A stretch of DNA of 64,000 nt from an uncultured Candidatus Saccharibacteria bacterium (lineage in GTDB: Bacteria; Patescibacteriota; Minisyncoccia; UBA6257; 2-01-FULL-56-20): contig CAZYEL010000002.1 in NCBI GenBank assembly GCA_964646415.1, forward strand, positions 8,538 to 72,537, in the 5' to 3' direction. A program made the position numbers and the translations under genes. Each line of letters opens with the position of its first letter. The stretch's first letter is position 1. This document shows positions 18,719-28,061 of the stretch, piece by piece. The notes beneath the pieces are model-generated. The model had not been told where the DNA came from. It saw only the letters and a program-made list of their open reading frames with translations, and did not search any database.

Positions 18719-20815
18719 CTAAGTCTTTTCTGTGGATAGACTTTTCATATTCTTTGCGAGAACCTTGATTTCATCCCGCAAAATCGCGGCAAGCTCGAAA
18801 TTCAGTCCTTTCGCGGCTTCCCGCATCTCCCGCTCCTTCTCCCGCATAAGTTTTTCCATGGCGGTTTTGGATTTGGGGATGGGTTTGAGCTCAAGCTTCA
18901 ATACCTCTTCGGGCAAAATACTCGCGATTTTTCGGACAATCGTCTTCGGTGTAATGCCATGCTTTTCGTTATAAGCGATCTGGAGCTTCCGGCGCCGTTC
19001 GGTCTCCGACATCGCGCGCCTGATCGAACCCGTGATGTGATCCGCATACATGAGCACTTCCCCGCGCACGTTCCGCGCGGCCCGCCCGATGGTCTGGATG
19101 AGCGAGGTCTCACTCCGCAAAAATCCTTCCTTGTCCGCATCGAGAATCGCGACAAGCGAGACCTCCGGCAAATCAAGCCCCTCACGCAGGAGATTTACGC
19201 CCACGAGTACGTCGAACCCTCCTTTCACTTCTGAACCTTTCCGGAGATTCGTGAGAATCCGGATGCGGTCGAGCGTTTTTACATCAGAGTGCAAATATGC
19301 AACTTGTATCCCCTTGTCGCTTTTCGCTTGTCGCTTGTTACTAAGGTACTCCGCAAGGTCCTCCGCCATCTTTTTGGTAAGCGTCGTCACAAGTACCCGC
19401 TCTTTTGCCGCAATGCGCTCTTCAATGCGCGGGATCAAGTCGTCCACCTGCCCGCGCGCGGGGCGAATGGTGATTTTGGGGTCGATAAGCCCCGTTGGTC
19501 GTATTATCTGTTCTACGACCAACCCTGAGCCCGTCGAAGGGTCGGACTTCTTCAACTCATACAGCCCCGGAGTCGCAGAAGTGTATATCACCTGCCCCAC
19601 GCGCTTTTCGAACTCCGCGAACTTCAACGGCCGGTTATCCGCTGCGGAGGGAAGACGGAACCCGTATTCGATGAGCGTTCTCTTCCGCGATGCGTCGCCA
19701 TGATACATCCCCTGAATCTGCGGCACGGTGATGTGGGACTCGTCAATGATAGTCAGGAAATCGGGCGTTCCCAAGGTTCGACCTTGAGAATCCCCTAAAG
19801 GTCGAACCTTTGATGCACTTCGAGGAAAGTAGTCGAGGAGCGTATCCGGCGGCTCCCCTGCCGCGCGCCCGGAAAGATGCCGCGAGTAATTCTCGATGCC
19901 GTGGCAATAACCGATCTCGCGAATCATCGCGACGTCGAACTTCGTCCTGCGCTCGAGCCGTTCCGCCTCGAGAAACTTTTTGTTGTCCTCAAAATATTTG
20001 AGTTGCGCCTTGAGCTCCTCCTGAATCGCGCCGATTGCACGCTCACGGGCGTCCTTTTCGGTAATAAAGTGCTTTGCGGGCGGAATAATCACTTCCTCAA
20101 GCGGCGGAGTCTTCCCGTGCCGGAAACCCACGACGGGGTCGACTTCATAAATTGCGGCGATGGTGCCGCTCCGGACTTCCATGTTGTAAATCACCTCTCG
20201 GTCGGGCGGCATTATTTCCCAGTTTTCCCCGCGGAGACGGAACGTGCCGCGTTTCAAGTCGGAATTCGTGCGCGTAAACTGGAGCTCGATAAGTTTCCGC
20301 GCAAATTCTTTCCGTTCCATCCTATCCCCCACCTTGAACCGAAAAATATTCGCGGCATAGGTTTCGGGGGCGCCTAAGCCATAAATGCAGGAAACGGATG
20401 CCACCACAATCACGTCCCTGCGCGTGAGAAGCGCCGTTGTCGCCGCGTGGCGCAGCTTATCAATCTCGTCGTTGATGAGCGCTTCCTTGTCGATATAGGT
20501 GTCGGACGACGGAATATACGCCTCCGGCTGGTAATAATCGTAGTAGGATACGAAATAATTCACCGAATTCTTCGGGAACAGTTCCCTGAATTCATTCGTA
20601 AGTTGCGCCGCGAGCGTCTTGTTGTGCGCAATCACGAGCGTAGGCCTCTGCACCGCCGCAATCACGTTTGCCACAGTAAATGTTTTTCCGCTCCCCGTGA
20701 CACCCAAAAGCGTCTGGTGGCGATATCCTTTCTCCAAACCAGAAACAAGCTTCTCGATAGCTTGTGGCTGGTCACCAGCAGGCTTTAAATCTTTTGCGAG
20801 TTCGAATCCTGCCAT
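18719..20815 (-). CDS. uvrB: Excinuclease ABC subunit B, with three small repeat-derived inserts
   Basis: GDQPQAI, GVTGSGKT, SYYDYYQPEAY, DESH, QTIGRAARN, C-terminal UVR motif. Confidence 0.97.
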   Translation of the reverse strand: MAGFELAKDLKPAGDQPQAIEKLVSGLEKGYRHQTLLGVTGSGKTFTVANVIAAVQRPTLVIAHNKTLAAQLTNEFRELFPKNSVNYFVSYYDYYQPEAYIPSSDTYIDKEALINDEIDKLRHAATTALLTRRDVIVVASVSCIYGLGAPETYAANIFRFKVGDRMERKEFARKLIELQFTRTNSDLKRGTFRLRGENWEIMPPDREVIYNMEVRSGTIAAIYEVDPVVGFRHGKTPPLEEVIIPPAKHFITEKDARERAIGAIQEELKAQLKYFEDNKKFLEAERLERRTKFDVAMIREIGYCHGIENYSRHLSGRAAGEPPDTLLDYFPRSASKVRPLGDSQGRTLGTPDFLTIIDESHITVPQIQGMYHGDASRKRTLIEYGFRLPSAADNRPLKFAEFEKRVGQVIYTSATPGLYELKKSDPSTGSGLVVEQIIRPTGLIDPKITIRPARGQVDDLIPRIEERIAAKERVLVTTLTKKMAEDLAEYLSNKRQAKSDKGIQVAYLHSDVKTLDRIRILTNLRKGSEVKGGFDVLVGVNLLREGLDLPEVSLVAILDADKEGFLRSETSLIQTIGRAARNVRGEVLMYADHITGSIRRAMSETERRRKLQIAYNEKHGITPKTIVRKIASILPEEVLKLELKPIPKSKTAMEKLMREKEREMREAAKGLNFELAAILRDEIKVLAKNMKSLSTEKT

Positions 20816-20975
20816 AGCAGAAAAACTATACAGCAAAAAATTAATTCTTGCCTCATTCTACCATTCGAGCGAATGGTTCTTTAGGGAAAAGAGAGATTTT
20901 AGTCAATAAAAACGAAATTGCCCGAGCGGGATTTCCCCCGCCCGGGCAACTATAATAACCTATGGTCTATTTTGG

Positions 20976-21383
20976 TTATTTTAAACACTTTGGAAGGCCA
21001 TTAAACCGAACGCAATCTTTAAATGTTTCCCACATAGAATCAACCTCATTTTTAGTATATATATTTTTCTGTACTTCTATCGTTTTATCCATAAACTTTT
21101 CATAAAATTCTTGATACCTCACGTAATTATTATTAATGTAATCGATTGCTACGACAACAAAGGCTATTGCCACCGCAACGGTCACTCCCACTATAAGGTT
21201 ATGGATGACTTTTATTCCTTCTCTTGTTTTTTCTATCTCAGAATCCAAAACGGAAACCTTTTTACCTAAAGTAGTTATGAGCGCATCCACCTCCGTACTT
21301 CCACTTCCCGCTTGACTTCCTGTCGCTGCTGCCCTACTTTCTGTCCCGGCTCCTGCGGCTGTCTCAGTTTGGATCTCGGGCAT
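20976..21383 (-). CDS. Hypothetical single-TM protein (low GC)
   Basis: AT-rich ORF with TM LIVGVTVAVAIAFVVVAI. Confidence 0.6.
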   Translation of the reverse strand: MPEIQTETAAGAGTESRAAATGSQAGSGSTEVDALITTLGKKVSVLDSEIEKTREGIKVIHNLIVGVTVAVAIAFVVVAIDYINNNYVRYQEFYEKFMDKTIEVQKNIYTKNEVDSMWETFKDCVRFNGLPKCLK

Positions 21384-21387
21384 ATTA

Positions 21388-21768
21388 TCAATCTACTGTA
21401 ATAATGTCGTTTCTATCGAAGCTCACTACTTGATCGTTAATTTTAAAAATAATTCTATAGATGCCTTTTTCTGGAAAACGAGCCCCAATGAGGTTAATCA
21501 CTAGATTTGCATTGGGCTTGTTTTCGAGATTGACAAGTTTCATTTCCGAAGAAACAATTTTATTACCACTGGGCGATATAATTTCGATTGTTTTCTTTTT
21601 ATCAAAAATCACACCCGTCACGTTAATTGCAATTGAAAACCTCGGATGAAAAGCTGGAAGACCATCCGTTTTAATCAGATCAAATATACCTATAACACTT
21701 AATTTTTTTTCTTCCGAAAAAAAGGCGTTCTCGCATACATGCAGAAAATTTATCTTAAAATCATTCAT
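21388..21768 (-). CDS. Hypothetical beta-sandwich protein (DUF6941-like)
   Basis: FLHVCE..KLSVIGIFD ... FPEKGIY pattern; low GC. Confidence 0.55.
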   Translation of the reverse strand: MNDFKINFLHVCENAFFSEEKKLSVIGIFDLIKTDGLPAFHPRFSIAINVTGVIFDKKKTIEIISPSGNKIVSSEMKLVNLENKPNANLVINLIGARFPEKGIYRIIFKINDQVVSFDRNDIITVD

Positions 21769-21788
21769 TGTTTTTTACAGAATATTAC

Positions 21789-22814
21789 TCACTTCCACCC
21801 CTGCTCCATAATTCTCCATCCGACCTGTTCTTGCGGGACTTGAATCGGCCCCTGCGGGGTCTGCTGCACCATATTCACTTGCTGTTTGCGGTATTCGATG
21901 GAAAGCTCAAAGTGGCGTGATTCCTGCCAACTTTCGATAAACGCAATCTTATATTGCTTTCGATTTTGCATAGCATTTATACCCAACTCGTTTTCCGGGT
22001 TCCAGAGCGTTTCAAGGTCCATATCTTTCCTGTACTCCTCAAACAGCTCCGTCATCGCCTTCGCAAGAAGGTTATCCGCGTACGCAACCGACTTCAAACC
22101 CAAGTCCTCCTTCGCCTCCTTTCGCCCGATGAAATACTGGTGCGAGTAAAGTTTTTCGGTGAAGTAATCAACAATCTTTTCCACTTCATCATCCTTCATT
22201 GGCGCTTTATGACTCTTCAGCAACCGCTTCGCGAGGATGCGGATGAGGTTATGAATACGGTTTACGTTCCCGAGCGCCAAAGGATGAATCTGCGGATTCG
22301 ACTCCACGAATTTCGAGAAGATACGCGAAAGCTCTTCGTCGTTCTTGATACCGAACTTATTTTTCGCCAAATCGAAATATGCCATCACGTCCTCGACGGA
22401 AATCGGGATTCTGTTCTGCGGGTTCTGGGGGTCTTGCGGGTTGAAAACATTCGCCGTTGAGGGGTCGATCGGCGAGATTTCTGAAAGGTCGCTCATCGCA
22501 ATTTCATCCGCGCCGAGAGCAATCATCGTCGCCGCACTGTGCGCCTTATACGGCACGAGTACGGAAAACTTATCACAATACTCCCGAATCATGGACACAA
22601 TCCTCCACGGCACCATTGTGTCGCCTCCGGCACTATAGAGAAACAGGTCGATATTCTGGGTTTTCCCGATTGCGCGGAGTTGCTTGCTCACCACGGGAAT
22701 CACGTCCATCGCAATCCGCGCGTTCACCGGTCCTGTCCGGTCGCTTGTGACATAGGTAATTACCCGCGAATTCCGTAGTCCTTGTATCTGATGTATGAGT
22801 TGTTTCTTATCCAT
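21789..22814 (-). CDS. SDH-family ClpP-fold serine proteinase
   Basis: IDLFLYSAGG, VPYKAHSAATMIALGADEI, ISPIDP, LYSH. Confidence 0.85.
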   Translation of the reverse strand: MDKKQLIHQIQGLRNSRVITYVTSDRTGPVNARIAMDVIPVVSKQLRAIGKTQNIDLFLYSAGGDTMVPWRIVSMIREYCDKFSVLVPYKAHSAATMIALGADEIAMSDLSEISPIDPSTANVFNPQDPQNPQNRIPISVEDVMAYFDLAKNKFGIKNDEELSRIFSKFVESNPQIHPLALGNVNRIHNLIRILAKRLLKSHKAPMKDDEVEKIVDYFTEKLYSHQYFIGRKEAKEDLGLKSVAYADNLLAKAMTELFEEYRKDMDLETLWNPENELGINAMQNRKQYKIAFIESWQESRHFELSIEYRKQQVNMVQQTPQGPIQVPQEQVGWRIMEQGWK

Positions 22815-22858
22815 CGCAATAAGGCAATTATACTCCAGTCATCCCAACTTTCCAACAG

Positions 22859-22904
22859 TTTCGTACTATTCGCTTATTCGTACGAATAAGCGAATAGTAC
22901 GAAA
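22859..22904. repeat. Perfect 46-bp palindrome built from ATTCG units
   Basis: TTTCGTACTATTCGCTTATTCGT|ACGAATAAGCGAATAGTACGAAA. Confidence 0.85.
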
Positions 22905-22947
22905 GAATGACCACCCAACAGCCAGAAATCCGTATATGCGATTCTTC

Positions 22948-23277
22948 CTACCGCGTATCCCCGTCGCCGTGGAGCGTCCCGCGCTCCTTACGCGAGAAAA
23001 GCTTTTCGATGTTCCCCTTCGCAACTTCTTCGAGCGAGAGCCCAAGCTCGGTTGCAACCTGCGCCACGTACCACAACACATCGCCAAGTTCCCCGCGAAG
23101 CGCCGCCTTTCGCTCATCGCTCATAACCCCACCGTCATCCCGAAACGCTTTCTTCACTTTTTCCGCAACCTCCCCCACCTCCCCGGCAAGTCCCAAAACC
23201 GGATACACCAAATTACTGCCGCTATTCGGATAAATCGCCGTCTTGCGGGATTCCTTTTGGTATTCTTCGAATGTCAT
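22948..23277 (-). CDS. MazG-like nucleoside triphosphate pyrophosphohydrolase
   Basis: LGLAGEVGEVAEKVKK, ELGDVLWY, NIEKL.SR. Confidence 0.88.
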   Translation of the reverse strand: MTFEEYQKESRKTAIYPNSGSNLVYPVLGLAGEVGEVAEKVKKAFRDDGGVMSDERKAALRGELGDVLWYVAQVATELGLSLEEVAKGNIEKLFSRKERGTLHGDGDTR

Positions 23278-23410
23278 CGCCGTGAATTTATTTTTTATGG
23301 CAACCCTGCCTTCGACAAAGGGCAAAGTTCATGCTTGTGCGGTCTCGCGAACCCCCGTAAAGTCCCGCCCCTCGCGGAACCACGGGGCGCCATCCTAGCG
23401 CAAAGTCTTT

Positions 23411-24052
23411 TTAATTTGGAAGTTTGGCTAATGGACATAGTTCGTGCCGATGAGGGCGAGCTGGGCAATATTTTCTTCCATAATCAATCAGTAAATATGT
23501 CGCCCTGAACCAGTCCTTCTTCGGGATGATTACCATCAAGTCCCGCTCGATTTTCTCCGGCGTCTTTTCGCGGCTCAACCCCAGCACTCTCGACAAGCGC
23601 TTCACGTGCGTATCGACGGCAATCCCCTCCACGACGCCATACGCGTTCCCAAGGATTACGTTCGCGCTTTTCCGCCCAACGCCGGGAATCGTGAGCATCT
23701 CCTCCATCGTGCGGGGTAGTTTTCCGTCAAACCGCTCCTTCACTGCCTTCGCCGCCGCAAGGATATTCCGCGTTTTCGCCCGGAAGAAGCCACATTGGTG
23801 GATATCCTTCTCAAACTCCCGCGGATTGGCTTCCGCATAGTCCTTGAGTTTGAGATACTTCTTAAAGAGCGCGGGCGTCACCTCGTTCACCTTCTTATCG
23901 GTACACTGTGCGGAAAGCTGGACCGCCACAAGCAATTCCCAGTTGTTTCCATACTTTAAAGCGATTTTCGGGTCCGGAAAGAGCTTCTGAAGCGTATGAA
24001 AAACCTTCGCCGCCCGCTTCTTAAGTTTTGAGAAATCTTTTTCGATTGCCAT
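23411..24052 (-). CDS. nth: Endonuclease III
   Basis: LSAQCTD, HhH IPGVGRKSA, AVDTHV. Confidence 0.92.
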   Translation of the reverse strand: MAIEKDFSKLKKRAAKVFHTLQKLFPDPKIALKYGNNWELLVAVQLSAQCTDKKVNEVTPALFKKYLKLKDYAEANPREFEKDIHQCGFFRAKTRNILAAAKAVKERFDGKLPRTMEEMLTIPGVGRKSANVILGNAYGVVEGIAVDTHVKRLSRVLGLSREKTPEKIERDLMVIIPKKDWFRATYLLIDYGRKYCPARPHRHELCPLAKLPN

Positions 24053-24133
24053 AGGCACCATTATACCCCGCGCGGGAAATTTTCCGGGATTTTTTCCCGC
24101 CCAATCCTTGGGAGGATCATAATTTCACGATAT

Positions 24134-24162
24134 TTGACAATCCTCGTCAAACCTGCTATCAT
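24134..24162 (+). promoter_or_regulatory. Sigma70 promoter for the 3D-domain gene
   Basis: TTGACA-N17-TATCAT with TG extension. Confidence 0.6.
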
Positions 24163-24223
24163 ATCCCCTAACAATTGAATACCCCTTCAAAGGGGGGTTT
24201 TTATTTAAGCGGCGCAAGGAATC

Positions 24224-24667
24224 ATGACTAAAACACTTATTCTTACCCTTATAACGGGTTCGCTCATACTCTACCCTTCCGCAACAGGGATTACTATGGC
24301 GGACGAGAAAATTGCCGGCATTCCCGCCGAAGCAACGCTTCTTCAGAGTGCGCCGCGGGCCCATATTGCGAAGCAAGCATCCATGGTTACCGTCTGGATT
24401 ACCGCATATTCAAGCACGCCCGAGGAAACGGACGACACGCCCTTCATCACTGCAAAAGGCACGCTGGTGCGCGATGGCATCATTGCCGCGAACTTCCTTC
24501 CCTTTGGGACCAAAGTCAAGATTCCTTCGCTTTTTGGGGATAAGATTTTTGTGGTGGAAGACCGCATGCACCGCCGGAAAACGAACAACGTGGACATATG
24601 GATGCCTACGAAGATGGACGCGCTCCGGTTTGGCGCGCATAAAGTGCAGATTGCGGTGTTGAATTAA
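24224..24667 (+). CDS. Secreted 3D-domain protein
   Basis: TAYSSTPEETD.TPFITA, PFGTKV, VEDRM, VDIWM. Confidence 0.88.
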   Translation: MTKTLILTLITGSLILYPSATGITMADEKIAGIPAEATLLQSAPRAHIAKQASMVTVWITAYSSTPEETDDTPFITAKGTLVRDGIIAANFLPFGTKVKIPSLFGDKIFVVEDRMHRRKTNNVDIWMPTKMDALRFGAHKVQIAVLN

Positions 24668-24756
24668 CAGGGCAAACTAATAACTTATAACCAATAACTG
24701 GACCCCGCGAAAGCGGGATTTTTATTTATTGATAATCTACAGGTAAAATAGAAGCT

Positions 24757-25326
24757 ATGAGAAAAGTACTCAAAAAAAGTTTCTTCAATCGCCCGACGCT
24801 CAGCGTGGCGAAAGAGCTTCTCGGGAAGTTTCTTGTGCGGCGGATGAGCACAAAAACAGTCGCAGTGATGCTCACCGAAGTTGAGGCGTACGACGGACCA
24901 GAAGACAAAGCGTCACACGCTTCGCGAGGCATCACTCCCCGCACCAAAATCATGTTTGGTAGGGCGGGGCGTTTCTACGTCTATCTCACCTACGGCATGC
25001 ACTGGATGCTGAATGTTGTGACAGGCGCGAAAGGATATCCGGCTGCAATTCTTATCCGAGCGGGAGTCGCTTATCACTTACCGCTTACCGCCTCCAAACT
25101 CATCAGTGGTCCGGCGCGGCTTACGAAATATCTCCGCATCGGGAAAAGTTTCAACGGGAAACCAGCAACGAGAAAAACCGGGCTCTGGTTTGAAAACAGA
25201 GGAATAAAAATCAGTGCGAAAGACATTGTTGCAGGCAAACGAATCGGCGTGGAATACGCCGGTGCATGGGCGAAGAAACCCTACAACTTCAAATTGCGCC
25301 TTCCCGCTTCAAAATCGCGCGCTTGA
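24757..25326 (+). CDS. DNA-3-methyladenine glycosylase (MPG/AAG)
   Basis: EVEAY, YVYLTYGMH, AILIRA, GPARLT, RIGV. Confidence 0.9.
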   Translation: MRKVLKKSFFNRPTLSVAKELLGKFLVRRMSTKTVAVMLTEVEAYDGPEDKASHASRGITPRTKIMFGRAGRFYVYLTYGMHWMLNVVTGAKGYPAAILIRAGVAYHLPLTASKLISGPARLTKYLRIGKSFNGKPATRKTGLWFENRGIKISAKDIVAGKRIGVEYAGAWAKKPYNFKLRLPASKSRA

Positions 25327-25537
25327 GCTTCACTCCGCGGTTATAGCCGCCAATCTCTCCGTCGGAACGAACCACACGATGGCAAGGAATCTTCGGGTCA
25401 AAATTCTTAGCCAAAATATTTCCCACCGCACGTGAAGCATCGGGATTCCCTGCGCGGCGTGCGACTTCCTTGTACGTCAACGCCTTCCCGCAAGGAATTT
25501 TTGAAACCACTGCGTACACCCGCTCTTGGAAAGTCAT
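25289..25537 (-). CDS. MGMT-family O6-alkylguanine alkyltransferase (DNA-binding domain only)
   Basis: RAVG and IPCHRVV motifs. Confidence 0.88.
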   Translation of the reverse strand: MTFQERVYAVVSKIPCGKALTYKEVARRAGNPDASRAVGNILAKNFDPKIPCHRVVRSDGEIGGYNRGVKLKRAILKREGAI

Positions 25538-25950
25538 GCGAGTAAATTCAAGCCCGTCTCTGCGTCCGGCATGCGCTCAAGCTTTCCGGAAAACGCCTCA
25601 AGGCGCACTTCGCATGTTCCGGAAACGACAATTTCCTTCACGTGCCCCGCCTTGGCAGCACAATCCTTTCCTGAAAACACCCCATGCACATGCACTGCAT
25701 ATTCCCCCTTGCAAATGCCGATATTACCGGTGAGCGATGCAATCTCCACCTCCCTCATTATCGTCTCAAGATATTGCCTTGCCTCGAAATCATAGTACGC
25801 AAGCGTAACTCTTAAAGCGGCACCCAGCCCTTGGAATGTGCCCGCGCGGATGTGCGAATCTCGTGCGAAGGATATGATCCCCGTAAGCAACTCTTCCCCC
25901 TTGTCGAACCGAAGTATGGATACAGAACCTTCCCTTAGAATTTCTTTCAT
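25534..25950 (-). CDS. PPC/DUF296 domain protein
   Basis: EIASLTGNI, HVHG, GHV. Confidence 0.85.
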   Translation of the reverse strand: MKEILREGSVSILRFDKGEELLTGIISFARDSHIRAGTFQGLGAALRVTLAYYDFEARQYLETIMREVEIASLTGNIGICKGEYAVHVHGVFSGKDCAAKAGHVKEIVVSGTCEVRLEAFSGKLERMPDAETGLNLLA

Positions 25951-26768
25951 TCCACTATCATAACTTCCCCGCCCTTGCGCCGCAAAAAGCCTTCCCGCTC
26001 AAGCGCACGGAATACTTTATCCATACGCTCGCCGGATTCACCGGTGAATGCCACAAACGACAAAACCGCCACGCGGGATTTCTCCGCAAGGAGCCGTACC
26101 ACGCGCCCGCGAAGCTCCCGGTCAGAACCTCTGAACGGCGATTGACGGCGATATTCCGCGCTTCTTCGGTTGGGATTCAAGACGCTTTTCCCCAGCATGG
26201 AGCCGTAATCCATGAGCGCCCAATACCACTCACGCGGCTTCTTTCTATCAAGCGCTTCTGCCGCGATTGCTACTACCTCTTCTTCCGGAACATTGCGTCG
26301 CCGCGGGAAAAAGTGGTGGAGAATCGCGCGCCGTATGTTTGTCTCGATAAACGTCGCAGGCGCATTGAAAGCGAAAGCGGCGATAGAGCCGGCCGTTGCC
26401 GGGCCCACGCCGGGAAGCGTTTCAAGCGCCTCGGGCGTGCACGGTAATTTACCGCAATACTCTTCCATGACAATTTTTGAAACCCGATGGAGTGCGAGCG
26501 CGCGGCGATTATATCCCAATCCCTGCCACACCCGGAGTACGCTCGCGGGAGAAGCGTTTGCAAGCGCGCGGAAATTCGGGAATGCTTTGAGAAACTCCCC
26601 GTACTTTCCCCGCACGCGTTCCACCTGCGTCTGCTGGAGCATTATTTCCGATACCGCGATTGCGTAGGGATTCCGTGTGCGTCGCCACGGAAAGTCTCTG
26701 CCGTGCGCGCGATAATAATTCCGCACGATGCGGCGAAATTGTGCGACTTGCTCTTCGCTCTTTGCCAT
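25947..26768 (-). CDS. mutY: A/G-specific adenine glycosylase (compact)
   Basis: PWR, SEIMLQQTQV, WQGLGY, LPGVGPATA, ALMDYG. Confidence 0.9.
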   Translation of the reverse strand: MAKSEEQVAQFRRIVRNYYRAHGRDFPWRRTRNPYAIAVSEIMLQQTQVERVRGKYGEFLKAFPNFRALANASPASVLRVWQGLGYNRRALALHRVSKIVMEEYCGKLPCTPEALETLPGVGPATAGSIAAFAFNAPATFIETNIRRAILHHFFPRRRNVPEEEVVAIAAEALDRKKPREWYWALMDYGSMLGKSVLNPNRRSAEYRRQSPFRGSDRELRGRVVRLLAEKSRVAVLSFVAFTGESGERMDKVFRALEREGFLRRKGGEVMIVE

Positions 26769-26771
26769 GCG

Positions 26772-27068
26772 CTATAGGCTTGTTTCCATGAGCGGCATCC
26801 CCTTCTTCGCGCATCCTTCCGCCTGGCATACGCCAGGCTTCGGCGATACTCCTCCGCAACCGCCAGTGCACATGTAATGCGTCCCGCGCTTCCGAAAACT
26901 CTCATACGCGAGATATCCGGAAAGTACGACAATAAGCACACTTACCCAAACAGGCACCGAACGCCCCGCAAACGACATTTCCCATCGAAGCGCAGCCCGC
27001 ACAAGATGTGCAAGCGCGATTACCCCAAACACGACCCCGGTTGCTTTCACCAATGAGCGAATGTTCAT
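26772..27068 (-). CDS. Small two-TM protein with a C-terminal Cys4 motif
   Basis: MNIRSLVK...; HYMCTGGCGGVS..PGVCQAEGC. Confidence 0.65.
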   Translation of the reverse strand: MNIRSLVKATGVVFGVIALAHLVRAALRWEMSFAGRSVPVWVSVLIVVLSGYLAYESFRKRGTHYMCTGGCGGVSPKPGVCQAEGCAKKGMPLMETSL

Positions 27069-27508
27069 TTTGATTTGGAATTTTTCTTCGTGTCTTTTTG
27101 AAGTTCGAGACAAACGGAGTTGATGCAAAAATGTTCGCCGGAAGGAAAAGTCTCGTCTTTGAAAATATGCCCAAGATGCGAACCGCATTTCGCACACATT
27201 ACTTCAATGCGATGCATTCCATGCGAATCATCATTCTCCAGCCGCACCGCCCCGGGAAGAGCCCGACTGAATGAAGGCCATCCGCGAAGTCCTGCCGGCC
27301 CCTTCTCTGCGTCGAATTTCGTGTCCGACGGAAAAAGCGCCGCTTCGCATACGCCACATTGATACACCCCGTCGTCAGTCGTATGGACATATTTTCCGCT
27401 ATAAGGCGCTTCGGTCCCCTTCTCCCGCGCCACCTTGTAAAGCTCCGGCGCAAGCTTTCTCTTCCACCCGGCTTCGTCGTCTGATATATCTTTTGAACCG
27501 CATACCAT
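27065..27508 (-). CDS. msrB: Peptide-methionine (R)-S-oxide reductase
   Basis: GTE.PY, CxxC, GWPSF, CGSHLGHIF, FCINS. Confidence 0.92.
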   Translation of the reverse strand: MVCGSKDISDDEAGWKRKLAPELYKVAREKGTEAPYSGKYVHTTDDGVYQCGVCEAALFPSDTKFDAEKGPAGLRGWPSFSRALPGAVRLENDDSHGMHRIEVMCAKCGSHLGHIFKDETFPSGEHFCINSVCLELQKDTKKNSKSK

Positions 27509-27550
27509 GCCGCTTTATTGTACCAAATGAAAAGCTCCAAGGGAGGAAAT

Positions 27551-27578
27551 CACAAGCCCCGGTATCCCGGGGCTTGTG
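27551..27578. terminator. Hairpin after the basic peptide ORF
   Basis: CACAAGCCCCGG-TATC-CCGGGGCTTGTG. Confidence 0.55.
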
Positions 27579-27587
27579 CTGCCTGTG

Positions 27588-27677
27588 TTATCTGCGGCGC
27601 TTGCTGCTTTTCCGCCGCTTGCTCACACGCTTCACTGTTCTCTTTTTCGTCTTCTTTGCCTTTTTCTTTTTTGCCAT
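27588..27677 (-). CDS. 29-aa highly basic peptide
   Basis: MAKKKKAKKTKKRTVKRVSKRRKSSKRRR; below the track cutoff; followed by a hairpin. Confidence 0.6.
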   Translation of the reverse strand: MAKKKKAKKTKKRTVKRVSKRRKSSKRRR

Positions 27678-27875
27678 TTTTCAAACTACTATCCCAATAT
27701 GAACGCCGACCTTTGAGGCGGCGGCGATCGCATCTCGCTCCGTCTGCAAAAAATTTTTAAAAAATAGAATGCCTCGCCCTTATTAAAAATTGTAGAGCGT
27801 ATTGCGCATATGTACAGAGAAGTTATGCACAACCCTGCGAAAATTTTCCGAACCTTCGATGGCGGTGAAAGAAAA

Positions 27876-28061
27876 TCAGCGCGGAGAAGAATTCACGCTG
27901 CCGCTTATCAATGCCGGAGGAAAGTGAGGCGTGTTTCCGCCGACAAGCGATATGCCCTTCGAACGATAGAATAAAAGCGCCAAAACACTGACGGCAACCG
28001 CGACAACAAACACCACGATATGCATCATTCCCTCCCGGTCGGTAATTTTCATAACCCTCAT
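27876..28061 (-). CDS. Small membrane protein
   Basis: Single TM; coupled to the dinB stop. Confidence 0.45.
   Translation of the reverse strand: MRVMKITDREGMMHIVVFVVAVAVSVLALLFYRSKGISLVGGNTPHFPPALISGSVNSSPR

Noticed and set aside
18680-18740. GTGGATAA DnaA-box-like cluster (also 52335-52355) as oriC
   Set aside because: Only two to three boxes, no dnaA/dnaN nearby and no clear unwinding element; the mraZ ones overlap the expected MraZ boxes.
27280-27320. Extra residues in MsrB (KFDAEKGPAGLRGWPSF)
   Set aside because: No clear inverted or tandem repeat at the DNA level, so it is not counted among the in-frame elements.
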